Positions 35,341 to 48,021 of a DNA stretch of 64,000 nucleotides are shown one piece after another. Within the stretch, counting starts at the first letter, position 1. The number at the start of each line of letters is the position of its first letter. The stretch covers positions 1,869,710-1,933,709 of the forward strand of contig NW_003314264.1 of assembly GCF_000143415.4 (NCBI RefSeq), in the 5' to 3' direction. The DNA comes from Selaginella moellendorffii (lineage: Eukaryota; Plantae; Lycopodiophyta). The position numbers and the translations under genes were made by a program. Under the pieces are notes generated by a model, which saw only the letters and a list, made by a program, of their open reading frames with translations, was not told where the DNA came from and searched no databases.

Positions 35341-37893
35341 TCACTTATAATTACTGAAAATTGCGCTAGAACAAATGTTGGCGAGCAGGATATAGGGACC
35401 GGATTTCCTGGCGTCAAGCGCAAACTCGGCAGCTCTCGCGGATCTAGCGCGATCGTTTTGGAGCCAGCATGCGCCAAGGATCTTCATCCACGCCGATGAA
35501 TCGGGGATGGATCTCGCTAACTCTTCGGCCTCCTCCAGCCTCCCAGACCGCGCCAGCAGATCGACGATGCACTCGTAGTGATCCCTTCCCGGATCGATGC
35601 CGTAATCCGCCGCCATGGACTGGAAATGCTCGCATCCCTCCTCCAGCCGCCCGCCGTGGCTACTGCTCGCGATCAAGGCCCCGAAAGTGATCTCCCCCGC
35701 CTTGACGCCCTGCTGCTGCATCTCCCGGAAGAGATCCACCGCATCGTCGAAGAGCCCCTTCTTCCCCAGCGCCGCGATCATCGTGCTCCAAGGCGAGGAA
35801 TCCCTTGCAGCGGAGCTCTGGAACACAATTCGCGCCTCGTTGAGGTAGCCGCCGTGCGCGTAGCCTCCGATCATCGAATTCAAACCCGGCGCCGACAGGG
35901 ATTCGATCGAATCGAAGACGCGCTTCGCGTCGCCCAGCTGCCCTAGCCGGGAATACGCCGCGATTGCAATCGCTCTAGAGGCTTCGTTCTGGGAGGGCAT
36001 CTTCTCGAACAAGGCAGTGGCATATTTTAGATTCCCTTGCTGGCAATAGGCCGCGAGCATTGCGTTGAGCGACACAACACTGACCTCCTTGGTGGTGTCA
36101 AAGAAGAGCTTGGCCTGTTTGAAATTGCCCGCCTGCGTGTAAGCCGTGATCATGGCCGTCCACGTGGCCGCATCGTGGCCGGGCATTTTGTGGAACAGGG
36201 CTTCTGCCCTATCCATGCACTCGCCCTGGGCGAGGGCGCCGAGCATGGTGATCCAGCACAAGAGGTCGCGCTGCCGCAATCGATCGAACAGGGCCTTGGA
36301 TTCGTCTGGAAATCCCGCGGCGCCATACGCGCGGATCATCGAGGTCACGGCGATGAGGTCGTCTTGGAGCAAGGGGAATCGCTGGAAGACTTCTGTGGCT
36401 TCTTTGAGGCGGTTGTGGAGCGCATACCCCTGGATGAGCGCCGTGAGGGAGGATGCTTCTTTCATCGGCACCAAGGAGCACAGGCCGGATGCTTCTTCCA
36501 GAAATCCATTCATGGCGTAGGCGCTGATCATCGCGCTCCATGTCACTTCGTTCTTGCGCGGCAATCTGTCGAACAGCGCCCTTGCTTCGGTCACTAGGCC
36601 GCTGTCCTTGAATGCCGCGATGGCCGAGTTCCAGGAGATGAGATTTTGCTCCGGCATTTCATCCAGGATCGCTGTTGCCTTCTCGGCATGGCCACCGCTG
36701 GCAAATGCCTGGATCATCGAGTTCCAAGACACCAGATTTCTTCCGGGCATTCGAGCGAAAGCATCGGCCGCAAAGCTTGTTCCTTCCGCCGCTGTGATCA
36801 TGCTGTTCCAGGAGACGACGTTCTTGCGATCCATGGCATCGAACAGATCTTTGGCCTCGGCGTAGAGGCCGGCTTGGACATAGGCAGCAATCAAGGTATT
36901 TCTCGAGATTTCGTCGCGGTGTGGGAGTAGATCGAAGAAGAGCTTCGCTTGTTCCAGATTTCCAGACCCAAACGCTTTGACCATCGAGTTGAAGGAGATC
37001 TGGTTCCACACCGGCATCCTCGAGAAGAGCTCGTTCGATCTGGAAGAATCCCCCACCGTGGCAGCGAGCATCGTGTTCCAAGACACAATGTTCCTCTCGG
37101 GCATTTCGGTGAAGAACAGAGCTTGGCAGTGGGAGACGTCGCCCGCCTGTGCCAATCCTGCGAGCATGGCGTTCCAAGACACGAGATCTCGCTCGGGAAT
37201 TTGTTGGAAGAGATCGACAGCTGGCTGGAGCTCCCCAGATTCGACATAGCCCGAGATCATCGCGTTCCAGGAGGTGGTGTTGTGCTGTGCCATGCGATCA
37301 AACACGGCCCGGGCTCGCAGGGAATCTCCATCCGCGGCAATTGCCGAGATCATCGTCGTCCAAGTGATCACGTTCCTGGCAGCCATCTCGTCGAAGATCT
37401 TCCAGGCTTCTTGGATCTCTCCATTCACGGCATTTGCTTGGAGCATCGCGTTCCAGGCCACGGGGTCCTTGGACGGCATACTCCAGAACAGCCGCCGCGC
37501 CTCTTCCAGCCGTCCGATTTGGGAGTAGAGCGTGATCATGACCGTCATCGCGGGGGCATTGCGTTCCGGAATGCGGTCGAGCAGCATTGCCGCCTCCTGC
37601 AGATGCCCGTTTTGGGCATATGCTGCCGCCATGGTTTTCCAGGTGAAAAGGTTCCTCTGGCTATGGTGGGCGAAGCACTCGTGGGCCTCCTCGACGCTAC
37701 CGCACTTCCCGTACATGTCGATGACGAGATTTTGGAGGAAAGTGCTGGAGTGCAGAAGATCGTCATGTATGAGTCGCTGGTGGATCCAGCGTCCTTGGGA
37801 CAGATTCCTGGTGCTAGCGGTGGTCTTGAGCTGCGCGACGATATCATTCTCGGCCCATCTCTTCATCCGAATTGGCAGTCGCACATCGTCCAA
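35341..37893 (-). CDS. PLS-class pentatricopeptide repeat protein with E domain, 850 aa
   Basis: MYGKCGSVEEA, many ~31-aa MPERNxVSWNxM repeats, ITFGALIASSSHGG..HYECIVDLLARSGRLEEA, E-domain-like end, no DYW. Confidence 0.95.
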   Translation of the reverse strand: MDDVRLPIRMKRWAENDIVAQLKTTASTRNLSQGRWIHQRLIHDDLLHSSTFLQNLVIDMYGKCGSVEEAHECFAHHSQRNLFTWKTMAAAYAQNGHLQEAAMLLDRIPERNAPAMTVMITLYSQIGRLEEARRLFWSMPSKDPVAWNAMLQANAVNGEIQEAWKIFDEMAARNVITWTTMISAIAADGDSLRARAVFDRMAQHNTTSWNAMISGYVESGELQPAVDLFQQIPERDLVSWNAMLAGLAQAGDVSHCQALFFTEMPERNIVSWNTMLAATVGDSSRSNELFSRMPVWNQISFNSMVKAFGSGNLEQAKLFFDLLPHRDEISRNTLIAAYVQAGLYAEAKDLFDAMDRKNVVSWNSMITAAEGTSFAADAFARMPGRNLVSWNSMIQAFASGGHAEKATAILDEMPEQNLISWNSAIAAFKDSGLVTEARALFDRLPRKNEVTWSAMISAYAMNGFLEEASGLCSLVPMKEASSLTALIQGYALHNRLKEATEVFQRFPLLQDDLIAVTSMIRAYGAAGFPDESKALFDRLRQRDLLCWITMLGALAQGECMDRAEALFHKMPGHDAATWTAMITAYTQAGNFKQAKLFFDTTKEVSVVSLNAMLAAYCQQGNLKYATALFEKMPSQNEASRAIAIAAYSRLGQLGDAKRVFDSIESLSAPGLNSMIGGYAHGGYLNEARIVFQSSAARDSSPWSTMIAALGKKGLFDDAVDLFREMQQQGVKAGEITFGALIASSSHGGRLEEGCEHFQSMAADYGIDPGRDHYECIVDLLARSGRLEEAEELARSIPDSSAWMKILGACWLQNDRARSARAAEFALDARKSGPYILLANICSSAIFSNYK

Positions 37894-38133
37894 GCCAAGA
37901 GATCCATATCGTGGTCAGTGCCAAGAAAAAGGATCTCCTCGTTTCAATGATTCACGGGGGCAAAGGGACATTAAGAGTGACGAGCCGGATCGATAAAACT
38001 GGGACGTGATCGCTCACAGGTAAGAGATCCTTGTGTTCTCTAGGTAGCAATGCCTTCGTTTTAGGGTCCCAGGAATGCATTGGTGCTTGGTGGTAAGGCG
38101 CGGTTCCTCTTCGCCTTCTTCTTTGATTCATAG

Positions 38134-39162
38134 ATTCACGTTTTTATCTCCGCGACGATCTAGCAGCAACAATGCTGGTTCTCGCAGCAGAAGAAAGCGC
38201 CGCAGGTACTACGCCGCAGATTTCTTCTTTTGATCTCTTGGGGCTCTTAGTGTTCAGCAATCTCGCGCTTGTGAGAATGTGGTTCCGGAAGAGCAGCCGC
38301 GCATCAATCCCTGGAAGGAGAGGCGCAAACTCCAGGATTTGCAAGTCGGACGCAAGTTCTTGTCTGAGGACGTGGCGACTGCCGAGAATTTGCGGGAGAT
38401 GCTCAAGAAGGTAAGCTTTTTCTTTTCTTGGATCATTTTCTGAAACTAGCAAAAAACTTACGAAAAACTTTTCTCAGACTTACGAACGTATCGAGCTCAA
38501 GAAAAAGATCCTCCAGGAATACGACTTTCCAGAGGACAAGCCGGTCCACGACCCCGAGTACCTGAGCCCGGAGTTTATGACTGCCTTGAAGGAGAGAAAC
38601 CGCTGCATCGACGATTTCCTCACCATCGGCAAGAGAGGCGTCTGGGAAGGTTTCATCAGAGACATATACTCTCACTGGATCAACCACGAGACGCTCCGGA
38701 TCTACTGCGAAGGCTATCCGCTGCGAAAGCTTCGGCCCATGGCCGAGAAAGTGGCGAGAATGAGTGGAGCTGTGGTTATCGCGGTGACCGAGGAGACCAT
38801 GTCGTTTATACTCTACCGAGGCAGGAATTTCAGCCATGGTTACCAGCCACCCTCGCGGATTGAAAATATGCTCAACAAGGGAAAGGTGCGTCGTAGTTTT
38901 TTCTTTCTTGCAAGCTTTTCTTATCTTCCATGTTCTGATTTCTCCAAGCTTTGTGCAGGCGCTAAAGAAGGCGCTCTTGCTCAAGTCCCTGCAGCACCTC
39001 TATCGCAATGTGCGCGAGCTCACAGAAAGGATTCACAAGCATCGGTTGCGAGCCGTCTACACTGAGAAGCAGCGAAAGGCGATTGTAGAGGCCGAAGAGA
39101 GAGGGGAGGATTTACAAGCAGACGCTTCCCAGTCGGACGATGACGAGGAATTCCAATGGTGA
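38134..39162 (+). CDS. CRM (CRS1/YhbY) domain organellar RNA-binding protein; 5' exons uncertain
   Basis: HDPEYLSPE..LTIGKRGVWEG..HWINHETLRIYC..VARMSGAVVI..FILYRGRNF, then ALKKALLLKSL after a GT-AG intron. Confidence 0.85.
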
Positions 39163-39891
39163 ATTCACCATGGAACGCAGCGAGGAGTTTTTCCTCTGGT
39201 AAGCATCAGTTTAGTTTACATGGAGTTTAATATCCTACTGCTTTAACTATGCAATGCAGATATTATAGAAACAAAGAGAAACTAGGTATGTTCTTACCCA
39301 AGCTCACACTCCATAGGTTGAAGCAAATTGGTAGTTATCATCAAGATTACTTTTCTTCGTCACTTTTGTTTTGCAAAGTCTAGACTCCACCACCAATAAG
39401 GGAACCAAGAATGGAGATGGACCTTTGCAAGCAAGCTCTCCGCTCGAAAGGACATCCAATAGTGAAGGAAGCATAAGTTTCAAATGAAGGAAGCATAAAT
39501 TTCAAATAGTCAGTAGTTGACATATCGAGATATTCGGTAGTTAACATATCGGATCAAAATGTTACGATGAGAAAGGTTAGTTCTGTGTATGGCGTGGTTT
39601 AATTTGCTTGTTACTCACAATCGTTTACCACGTGTACAGTGTCTTTGTACATTGGGCACAAAAAGCTTGGAGATGGACATTTTGGCGGGTGTGAGACCAT
39701 GTAAATAGTACACGAATGAATGAAGTTGCTTTGGTCTCTTGTAAATTTTTCTGCTGTACAAATTACTTCAATGGAGACAAATTACAGTGTTCAAAGAAAT
39801 AAGAAAATACAAGAGGTATACAGCGTATTTATATGGCACTCTTCCTCTGGGACGAATCACATTGTCTTTCTCGAATCTAAATTCTTGCTTC

Positions 39892-40777
39892 ATGGCCATC
39901 ACCGCCAGCATTGCCGCTCCTTACCCTTCCCGCCTCGGCGCGACGACGACGCGTTTGCCTGCGGAGGTGGATCCTTTGCGGCTCCCGAACCACGTTGCGA
40001 TAATCATGGACGGGAATTCGCGGTGGGCGAAGGCGCGAGGGATCGCCAAGGAGCGCCAGCTGCGAGCAGCGGCGGAGGCGTGCTATTCCAACGCCCGGGA
40101 GATCGTGAGGTTGTCCAGCGACTGGGGGATCAAAGCGCTCACGCTCTTTGCCTTCTCCACCGAGAATTTCTTGCGGCCCAGGGAAGAAGTGGATCAGTGG
40201 ATGCAGCAATTTGACAGAGTTCTCAGCCTCGATGATCCTGCCACCATTTTGCTGTGCGTGGAATATCTCGAATGCTTTTCATTCAGTGAATGGAAATGGA
40301 TTGACTGAGTGATGATTTTTGGTCAGGGATGGGATCCAATTCCGCTGCATTGGTGACACTGCCAGGCTCCCGCGCCCGCTCCAGGCCAAGATCTCGGATG
40401 CCCAATCCATCACCAGCGGCAACACGGGCATGAAACTCGTCATGGCGATTGGCTACGGCGGGCACAACGATCTGGTCCAGGCGTGCCAGGCGCTGGCGCG
40501 CGAGGTGGAGCAGGGGAAAATGGCTGTGGAGGAGATTGACCAGATCAACCTGGCAAAGAGATTGATGCTGGGCGAGCGGTGCGAGGATGTTGGCGCGCCC
40601 GAGCTGCTCGTTCGCACCAGCGGCGAGCAGCGGCTGAGCAATTTCATGCTGTGGCATCTCGCGTACTCGGAGCTCGTGTTTGAGAAGAAGCTATGGCCGG
40701 ATTTTGGAAAAGAGGAGTACAAGAATGCCCTGGTGGAATTCCAGGGGCGTATGAGGACCTTCGGAGTAAGACACTAG
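39892..40777 (+). CDS. cis-prenyltransferase (UPP synthase family), copy 1, two exons
   Basis: PNHVAIIMDGNSRWA, FAFSTENFLRPREEV, intron 40254-40326, IGYGG, PELLVRTSGEQRLSNFMLW, LWPDF, RTFG. Confidence 0.92.
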
Positions 40778-42179
40778 AGTTAATGGCATAAAGTAAGATA
40801 GAAAAACTGTTGGACAATAAAAGGAGTAAAAGGAGCAATAGTAATCACAAAATCTTTTATAAATATATCTTAGGTGTATCAAGATGGTTAGTCATATACT
40901 TTAAGAAAGAAAGCACAAAACTACATGTGTCAATAACACTAACACTGGGGATTTCATAGATAACTAGAGTGGAACATGGACATGATGCATACATCAACCA
41001 TTAGTCAACAGGCAAAAGGCAATAGTGCCGCAAGAGACCCACACCCCAGAAGTGGGTGACACTAAGCACACTAGAGATGGAGATAGTAGAAGATTCCTTG
41101 GTCTCATGTTTCTTGGTGGGCACCATGAGATTATGTAAACAAAATAAGAATGAATGAATGAATATCCTTACTTGTTTAGAGCATTTACCAACATGTGTGA
41201 GGTTACAGTTTGTTTATCAGGGTTTTACAGTTAGCTGTCCATGGTTGTTAGTAACTACTCTAGTGTTGTTGAAATTTAGAGTTCTTGTGGCAGTAGAAGC
41301 ATAAATACATGGACATATATACATGTATAATGTTACATGGTAACAATATTAATTGGACCTTCTGATTGAGATCGTGGTAAATTAATTCAGATATTATAGA
41401 AGTTACCTAAACTCGAATTTGCAATTATAATGAAGACACCACAGAGAATCAGAAGAGTGAATCAAATTTCCCTTGCAAGGTTCCATTCACGCCACCACAG
41501 CAACTCATCAGCTCCAACTCAAATGCTCTGGTCATGTTCATTTTGGGTGAGTACTTCAATCACCAGATTCGTTGATTGATTGCCAACGTTGGTGAGACTT
41601 ATCTTCTCTAGACGTCATTATGGTGCTGCAATCGAGTATAATAGCATCAGAACCACCATGGATGTAAGGACTTTCAATTCGAGAAGAACAATGGTGGACA
41701 CAATCCTCCATATCAATTGACATGAAGACTTGCTCCTCCAGTTCAATTGGATGTGCGTTGGAAGCAAACCTACCCTTTACAGACAAGACTTAGTATGCAT
41801 GTGATTCTTTGAGTTACCAGAGAAAAATGTAATATAGCTCTATGGAGCAAGAGTTTCTCTGTACATGCGAGGCACACAAAGTGATTCTAAGCCTGGGCAT
41901 AAGAATCAAGCAGTAAGTCCTAAATGCGAGAAACTATTGCCTGGAAGAATTTTGGAGGAACAATTGGTGGCCTGATTGGCAGTTCTCTACATAACAAAAA
42001 AAGTTGTCTTTAGAACTTTGCAACAAGAGGAATTAGAAAGTCATAGCTCTTGGTCTCAAACATCAATATAGTGAGACACTCACCCCCTCTATTTACAACT
42101 CCTTGGGACACCTACTTGTCTGATATCACCTTATACTGAAGTTAATAAGCCAAAATGCCTTTTTTTTAATCAATTTCAA

Positions 42180-44770
42180 ACAAATAAATCACAAGCATGA
42201 AAACTCAAGCAATTAAAAGCTCAAAGAAGCTTATAGCTAAGTCTTGCTTAACAATAATCACGAGTCTCGCATGAACTAATTTCAATGCTAAAGAAGAAAT
42301 CATAGTATAACCATTAATATCATCCTTAACACATCTATAAGCTAAACTTCATAATGCGAAGCTAATGAAGAGCATTTTTACATCAATCCAAAAATTAATC
42401 ATAACAAAGTGATGCTCAACAAGTGATCATTTAATTGATCCTCTATAAATCTATCTATAGCCAGACATAACTCACTGCATAATAAGCATAAGAAAAAACT
42501 CAAATCTAACAAAGATTCAAATATTTCAATATTAATCATTAACTCTTCTCTCTTAAAGCTAGTAAAGTCTATAATTGAATCATTTTTCAAAGAAAAGCTC
42601 AAAATTCAACCCCTATTAAAAAAATTTATCTAGAACACAACTAATTCAACTTGCCACTTACCTTGTTTGAATACCAACGTAGTTGTTAATTAGTAAATGC
42701 ACAAATGCCAATAACATAAAGTTACAACCCAAACATTAACACTATATTCATCAAGACTAATGAAACGTAATATCAATCCTACGGAAAGACATCTCATCTC
42801 AATTGAATCTCAATATCAGCAATGTCAATGATAAGGCATCACTTCAATGCCATCAACTCTAAAACAAAGTTAAAAGAAAGCAAGAGTGAATCACCATTCA
42901 AAACTCTCCAAAAACTAAGTTAACCAAAGTTAAAAATACCTTAGTCAATATCTAAGACCAATCCTCCAACAATACTTAGTTATAGATAACACATTATCAA
43001 GGAGTGAATCACCACATCCAAGATTCAATGAAATCCAACACCACAGACTAAACATAACCAAATGACATTGTCAAAGGTAGAATCAATATGCTAATATGGA
43101 AAAACCATGTAAGTCTAATAATATAATCCTTCGGAACACCATTGTAAGCTCCTGAGTTTGGACTTCGCGGGAGGTCACTCAGCCCAATACTATTCAAACC
43201 CAAGGACACTTAACCCCAAATATCCCAAGACCCTTAACCAATTGGAAAAGGGGGTGCACTCTTATTCATGGGCCCTTTCCCTCTATATTTGAACCCCATG
43301 GATCATCTCTCAAGTCGTAATCTTTGGTTGCTTACAACCATCTAGTAAAGCAAGCCCATCACTGCTAAATCATTATCAAGTAAAGCAAATGTCAAACAAT
43401 CCTCAACAAAATTTACAAGTAATCATTAATCGTAGAGCAACTAACAATCACTCTTCAACTTGTCTTCATAAGACCCAAACATTAAACTCACATCATCAAG
43501 TCATATGTTTATCCAATATAAATGTAATACCTTAGGTATGAGATATTGGCTCATGGATAAACACGAACTAAATGACCACTTGAATTCAACTCAACTACAA
43601 TAAGCTTACTAATGCATTTAGCTAACAACTCTGAGTAAACCTTGAAAAGGCTAGCTATGCATGATTAATACTTAGCCAAAACTAAAGTGAAAACTACGAG
43701 ATGGACTCATGTTGGTACACAACCTCTTCATAAACAAAGCAATAGTATGGGTACTAACATCTCAACCTCAAACAACTAAATTAGACATTACCATCATCAG
43801 CCAAAGCACAGAGCCACCAAGACCAAATCTAGATTAATAAGAGTTCATTATTTTTATAGAGTATAACAAAATGCAAGATACAACCTGCCACTTAGCATAA
43901 TATTACAAAAGAAAAGCATAAAGGTCATCTTTTCGAAAAAGCATAATATCCACTTTTGTACACCAACTTTAGACTCTATCCAACTCAATTGCTTTAACCC
44001 CAAAGATTAACATCCTTTTTGGGTTACATCATACAAACTACCTATTAATGTTTAAGCCAACTGAAGTCAATTTTAACCCCTTCATTAGTTTGTACTAGCT
44101 TATGAAAATAAAATGGTTTTCAAACAAAGTGATTGACAGATTAGCCATTGAAAAAACCTAAGAAAATTTGTGGAAAATTTTCCATCCTAAAGAAAGAATG
44201 ACTCTTAATCTAGAAATGCAAACTTTTAAGACTCAACCAACTTCCTCCTTCCTTAGTATCAAGAGTTAATCTCTAGGATAAATTTGAAACTTACTAAATA
44301 TGGAATGTCCTTAGATTGAGAATTTGGATATGGGACGAACACCATTGTGTTCAGGACAATCTCTACATGGTAAATATGCCAAATGAGCAAATCTAGACAC
44401 TTTCCATAAATAGCATTTAGGACTGGAATGAAACTAATATAAAGGGTATAATAGCGAGGGTGTTTGGCAGACACGGTAAGCTATCATCTAGTGAATATTA
44501 AAGGACCAATATCAATATTGCAGAGATTTTTTATACTAGCAAGTGCAAGCCAATAATATATGTTTCTCAATGCTCAGCAAGAAACACATAAGGTTCTTAT
44601 CTTATGTTTATCCAATTTAAATGCATGGTCATTGACCAATTTCTCAACTAGTTCAAGTGGGAATTGATAATGCGTGTAACAATGCCGACCTCCTAGTATT
44701 ATAGCAGTAAGGAAAGAATATCCAAAAGGATTAGCTGACAAATAACTAAGTCACATTCGTGACATCACCT
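42180..44770 (+). mobile_element. Decayed LTR-retrotransposon pieces, same family as 12140-17900
   Basis: 42190-42420 is the approximate reverse complement of 12190-12430; 42560-43460 corresponds to 14790-15510. Confidence 0.65.
43143..43336 (-). mobile_element. 194-bp solo LTR carrying a 5S rRNA-like internal promoter (Cassandra-type TRIM)
   Basis: TGTAAGC...GCTTACA ends, 5-bp TSD ACCAT (43138-43142, 43337-43341), empty site in the paralogous spacer (~50385). 43160-43215 minus strand resembles plant 5S rRNA from A box to C box. Confidence 0.85.
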
Positions 44771-44799
44771 CATACTAACTATCCTACCCCACAACTATA

Positions 44800-45529
44800 G
44801 GAATGATAAAGGCAAGGTTGAAAGATGACAGATTTGTAGCAAAGATATCATCCACCATGTTTTGGGATTTTCCTAGGAAATGGTGGTAGATGATGGTTGG
44901 ATTGCAATCTTCTATATGGATGGTCAACATCCATGTTTAGGGAGATTCAACGGCGGGTGATGATAATCGAGAGAACATACACCATATTTAGTGTTTACCC
45001 ATTTGGCTTTAGACTTAATTGGCTGGGTAAAATAAAGGTAATTAATCACAAATAATTATCTTTCTAATTAACTGTATTACTATGCAGAAATTGACACTTT
45101 GAATGTCCCTAGTGAACCTAAAGGAAACCACTCCAATGCTCATGGCAACAGCAGTGGGACCTTCATAATGAGCACTTCGAGTTTGAAGAAGAAGACATCA
45201 AGCCATTATATGATGATGACTCAAACATGATAAGAAGGTCTGAGATCTATGTGAACTTTCTGGATTTCATCATGCGTTCTATGACACCAAATGCTGGCAC
45301 GGTTGTAAACCTTTTTGCAGGCACAAGGAACTCCCTCCAAGCATATCAAAATGATAAGAGACAAGTGATGGTGATGGAGGAGAACTCAGATGTAGTTGCT
45401 TATATAAAAAAAATCAAGCTCAAGGATACATCACCATCAACAGCAGTAGGAAAATTAAAACAGCCTAAAATGAGTCATGGAATTGATGTCAATGAAATAA
45501 TTATAGACTTGTTGGAGGACTCTAACTAG
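44800..45529 (+). pseudogene. Relic encoding the C-terminal part of a DNA amino-methyltransferase-like domain
   Basis: FLDFIMRSMTPNAGTVVNLFAGTRNSLQAYQNDKRQVMVMEEN resembles the motif X-I region (li..s.t.g..VlD.FaGsG..a.....r.....E) of N6/N4 methyltransferases; preceded by a GT-AG intron near 45028-45087. Confidence 0.5.
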
Positions 45530-47183
45530 ATATACACTAAGGTTCACAATTATTATGTAATATTGTATTACTATTAAGTTTTACATAAGTAAAGTAGCTT
45601 AATCCAATTTAACTATCAAGACCAAGTATTGACAAAGTTACTTTACATAAAAAAAACCTAAGAACTATTAGCATAAAAAATTAATTAATAATAACATTAT
45701 AGTATAGATAAAGAACTAGTTGACCCCAAATAGAAGCCTATATATGCTATTAAAACATATTCAAGCACACACTTGCTATTTGAAAGGAAATTCTAGCCAA
45801 TGTCAGACTCGCTAGTAAACTTTACTCCACCTTCAGCTAGATGGTTTTTCTTGGGATGAAGACCATATGGTGGTGTCACAACCTCTTCACATTCAGAATC
45901 AGATGAAATGTTAATGATGGGCAGTCTCTTCAACAGATGGTTCTTACTCTAAATTCATTTGTGCACCAAGTTGATGAAATGGGCAATCTTTAGCATGATT
46001 GGGTGAGTCTAGGCACTAGAACAAGTATTCCTCACTTGTTTTATAAGGATATAACTCCACTTTTTAGTGCTCATCACCATGCATTTGTGAAGAAAGTTTT
46101 GATGAAGCGTTTGGTTTTTGATCTTTGGAAGAAGCATTTGGTTCCTCATCTTTGGAAGAAGTAGATCCCCAGATGAAAACATTAGAAGCCCTAGTAGATG
46201 GAGCAAAAGGCCATTCAGGACTAGAAGGAGGAGGAGTCCAACTTGACATTGCCATAGAAATTATACAAGACTTTTGATATATACACTACTAGGCAAAAAT
46301 CTGTGGCCATTAACAATTAAGCCCTCTTTATATACTAAGGTATACATAAAGTCCAAATCAAATAAAGTTTCAAATTCACCAATGCATAAACAGTCAAACA
46401 AGTAAATATAAAATAGCTACAAGACAGTGGATCTATAAAAATAAGACAAGTAGGCTATCATTTAGCCTGGAGCCTAAGAAATAGCTCAGAAGTCTACAAT
46501 AAAGAATTAATAGGCTAACTTTTAAACAACACATGGCAGTATAGGTTGACAAGTTAAAATACAAAAGGTATTGTAATAATTTGCTGTGCATTACATGCAA
46601 CAATGCTTGGTTTGCTTAATAGTAGTGTCATTGAGTAATTAAATTGATCAATAATTATAAATACGTTTATAATTTATAAATCAAGATTAATCTTATTGCA
46701 TGTTAACCATTAGATGGTACAATAAAAAGAATATACTAGGAAGTGTTTAGGAAAGTTTATAAATTATAAACATGTTTATAAATTATAAGATTAATTTAAA
46801 TGAATAACAACCGTTATATAGTAAAATATTCTAAAATATCCAAATATATTTTAAATATATTCACTACCAACAGGTTTAACTAAAAAGACACTATGATATA
46901 GTTGTGTATAGCCTAACTAAATAGAATATACTTTAAATATCTACTGATGTGGCTGCTGGATAACCTTTAAATTGCACCCCAGTTGGCAGGCACTTGAGGA
47001 AGGTTAGTTCTGTTTGCTTATTAATTGTTTATCATGTGTAGGCACAAAAAGCCTGGGGATGAACTTTTTTGGCGGGAGTGAGACCATGTAAATAGAAATA
47101 CAAGAGGTATACAGCGTATTTATATGGCCCTCTTCCTCTGGGATCGAATCACATTCTCTTTCTCGAATCTAACTTCTTGTTTC

Positions 47184-48021
47184 ATGGCCATCACCGCCAG
47201 CATTGCCGCTCCTTGCCCTTCCCGCCTCGGCGCGGCGACGATGCGTTTGCCTGCGGAGGTGGATCCTTTGCGGCTCCCGAACCACGGTGCGATGATCATG
47301 GACGGGAATTCGCGGTGGGCGCAGGTGCGAGGGATCGCCAAGGAGCGCCAGCTGCGAGCAGCGGCGGAGGCGTGCTATTCCAACGCCCGGGAGATTGTCC
47401 AGCGACTGGGGGATCAAAGCGCTCACGCTCTTTGCCTTCTCCACCGAGAATTTCTTGCGGCCCAGGGAAGAAGTGGATCAGTGGATGCAGCAACTTGACA
47501 GAGTTCTCAGCCTCGATGATCCTGCCACCATTTTGCTGTGCGTAGAATTTCTCGATATGGTTTTCAGCGAATGGAAATGGATTGACTGAGTGATGATTTT
47601 TGGTCAGGGATGGGATCCAATTCCGCTGCATTGGTGACACTGCCAGGCTCCCGCGCCCGCTCCAGGCCAAGATCTCGGATGCCCAATCCATCACCAGCGG
47701 CAACACGGGCATGAAACTCGTCATGGCGATTGGCTACAGCGGGCACAACGATCTGGTCCAGGCGTGCCAGGCGCTGGCGCGCGAGGTGGAGCAGGCGAAA
47801 CTGGCTGTGGAGGAGATTGACCAGATCAACCTGGCAAAGAGATTGATGCTGGGCGAGCGGTGCGAGGATGTTGGCGCGCCGGAGCTGCTCGTTCGCACCA
47901 GCGGCAAGCAGCGGCTGAGCAATTTCATGCTGTGGCATCTCGCATACTCGGAGCTCGTGTTTGAGAAGATGCCCTGGTGGAATTCCAGGGGCGTATGAGG
48001 ACCTTCGGAGTAAGACACTAG
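47184..48021 (+). pseudogene. cis-prenyltransferase copy 2, frameshifted
   Basis: 8-nt deletion near 47395 and ~37-nt deletion near 47969 (removes LWPDF) relative to copies 1 and 3. Confidence 0.92.

Noticed and set aside
36949-37950. 333-aa plus-strand ORF and similar ORFs over the PPR and GnTII genes
   Set aside because: Shadow frames caused by high GC3 codon usage on the coding strand.
43160-43215. Functional 5S rRNA gene
   Set aside because: Only the internal ~56 nt resemble 5S, embedded in an LTR-like insertion with a TSD.
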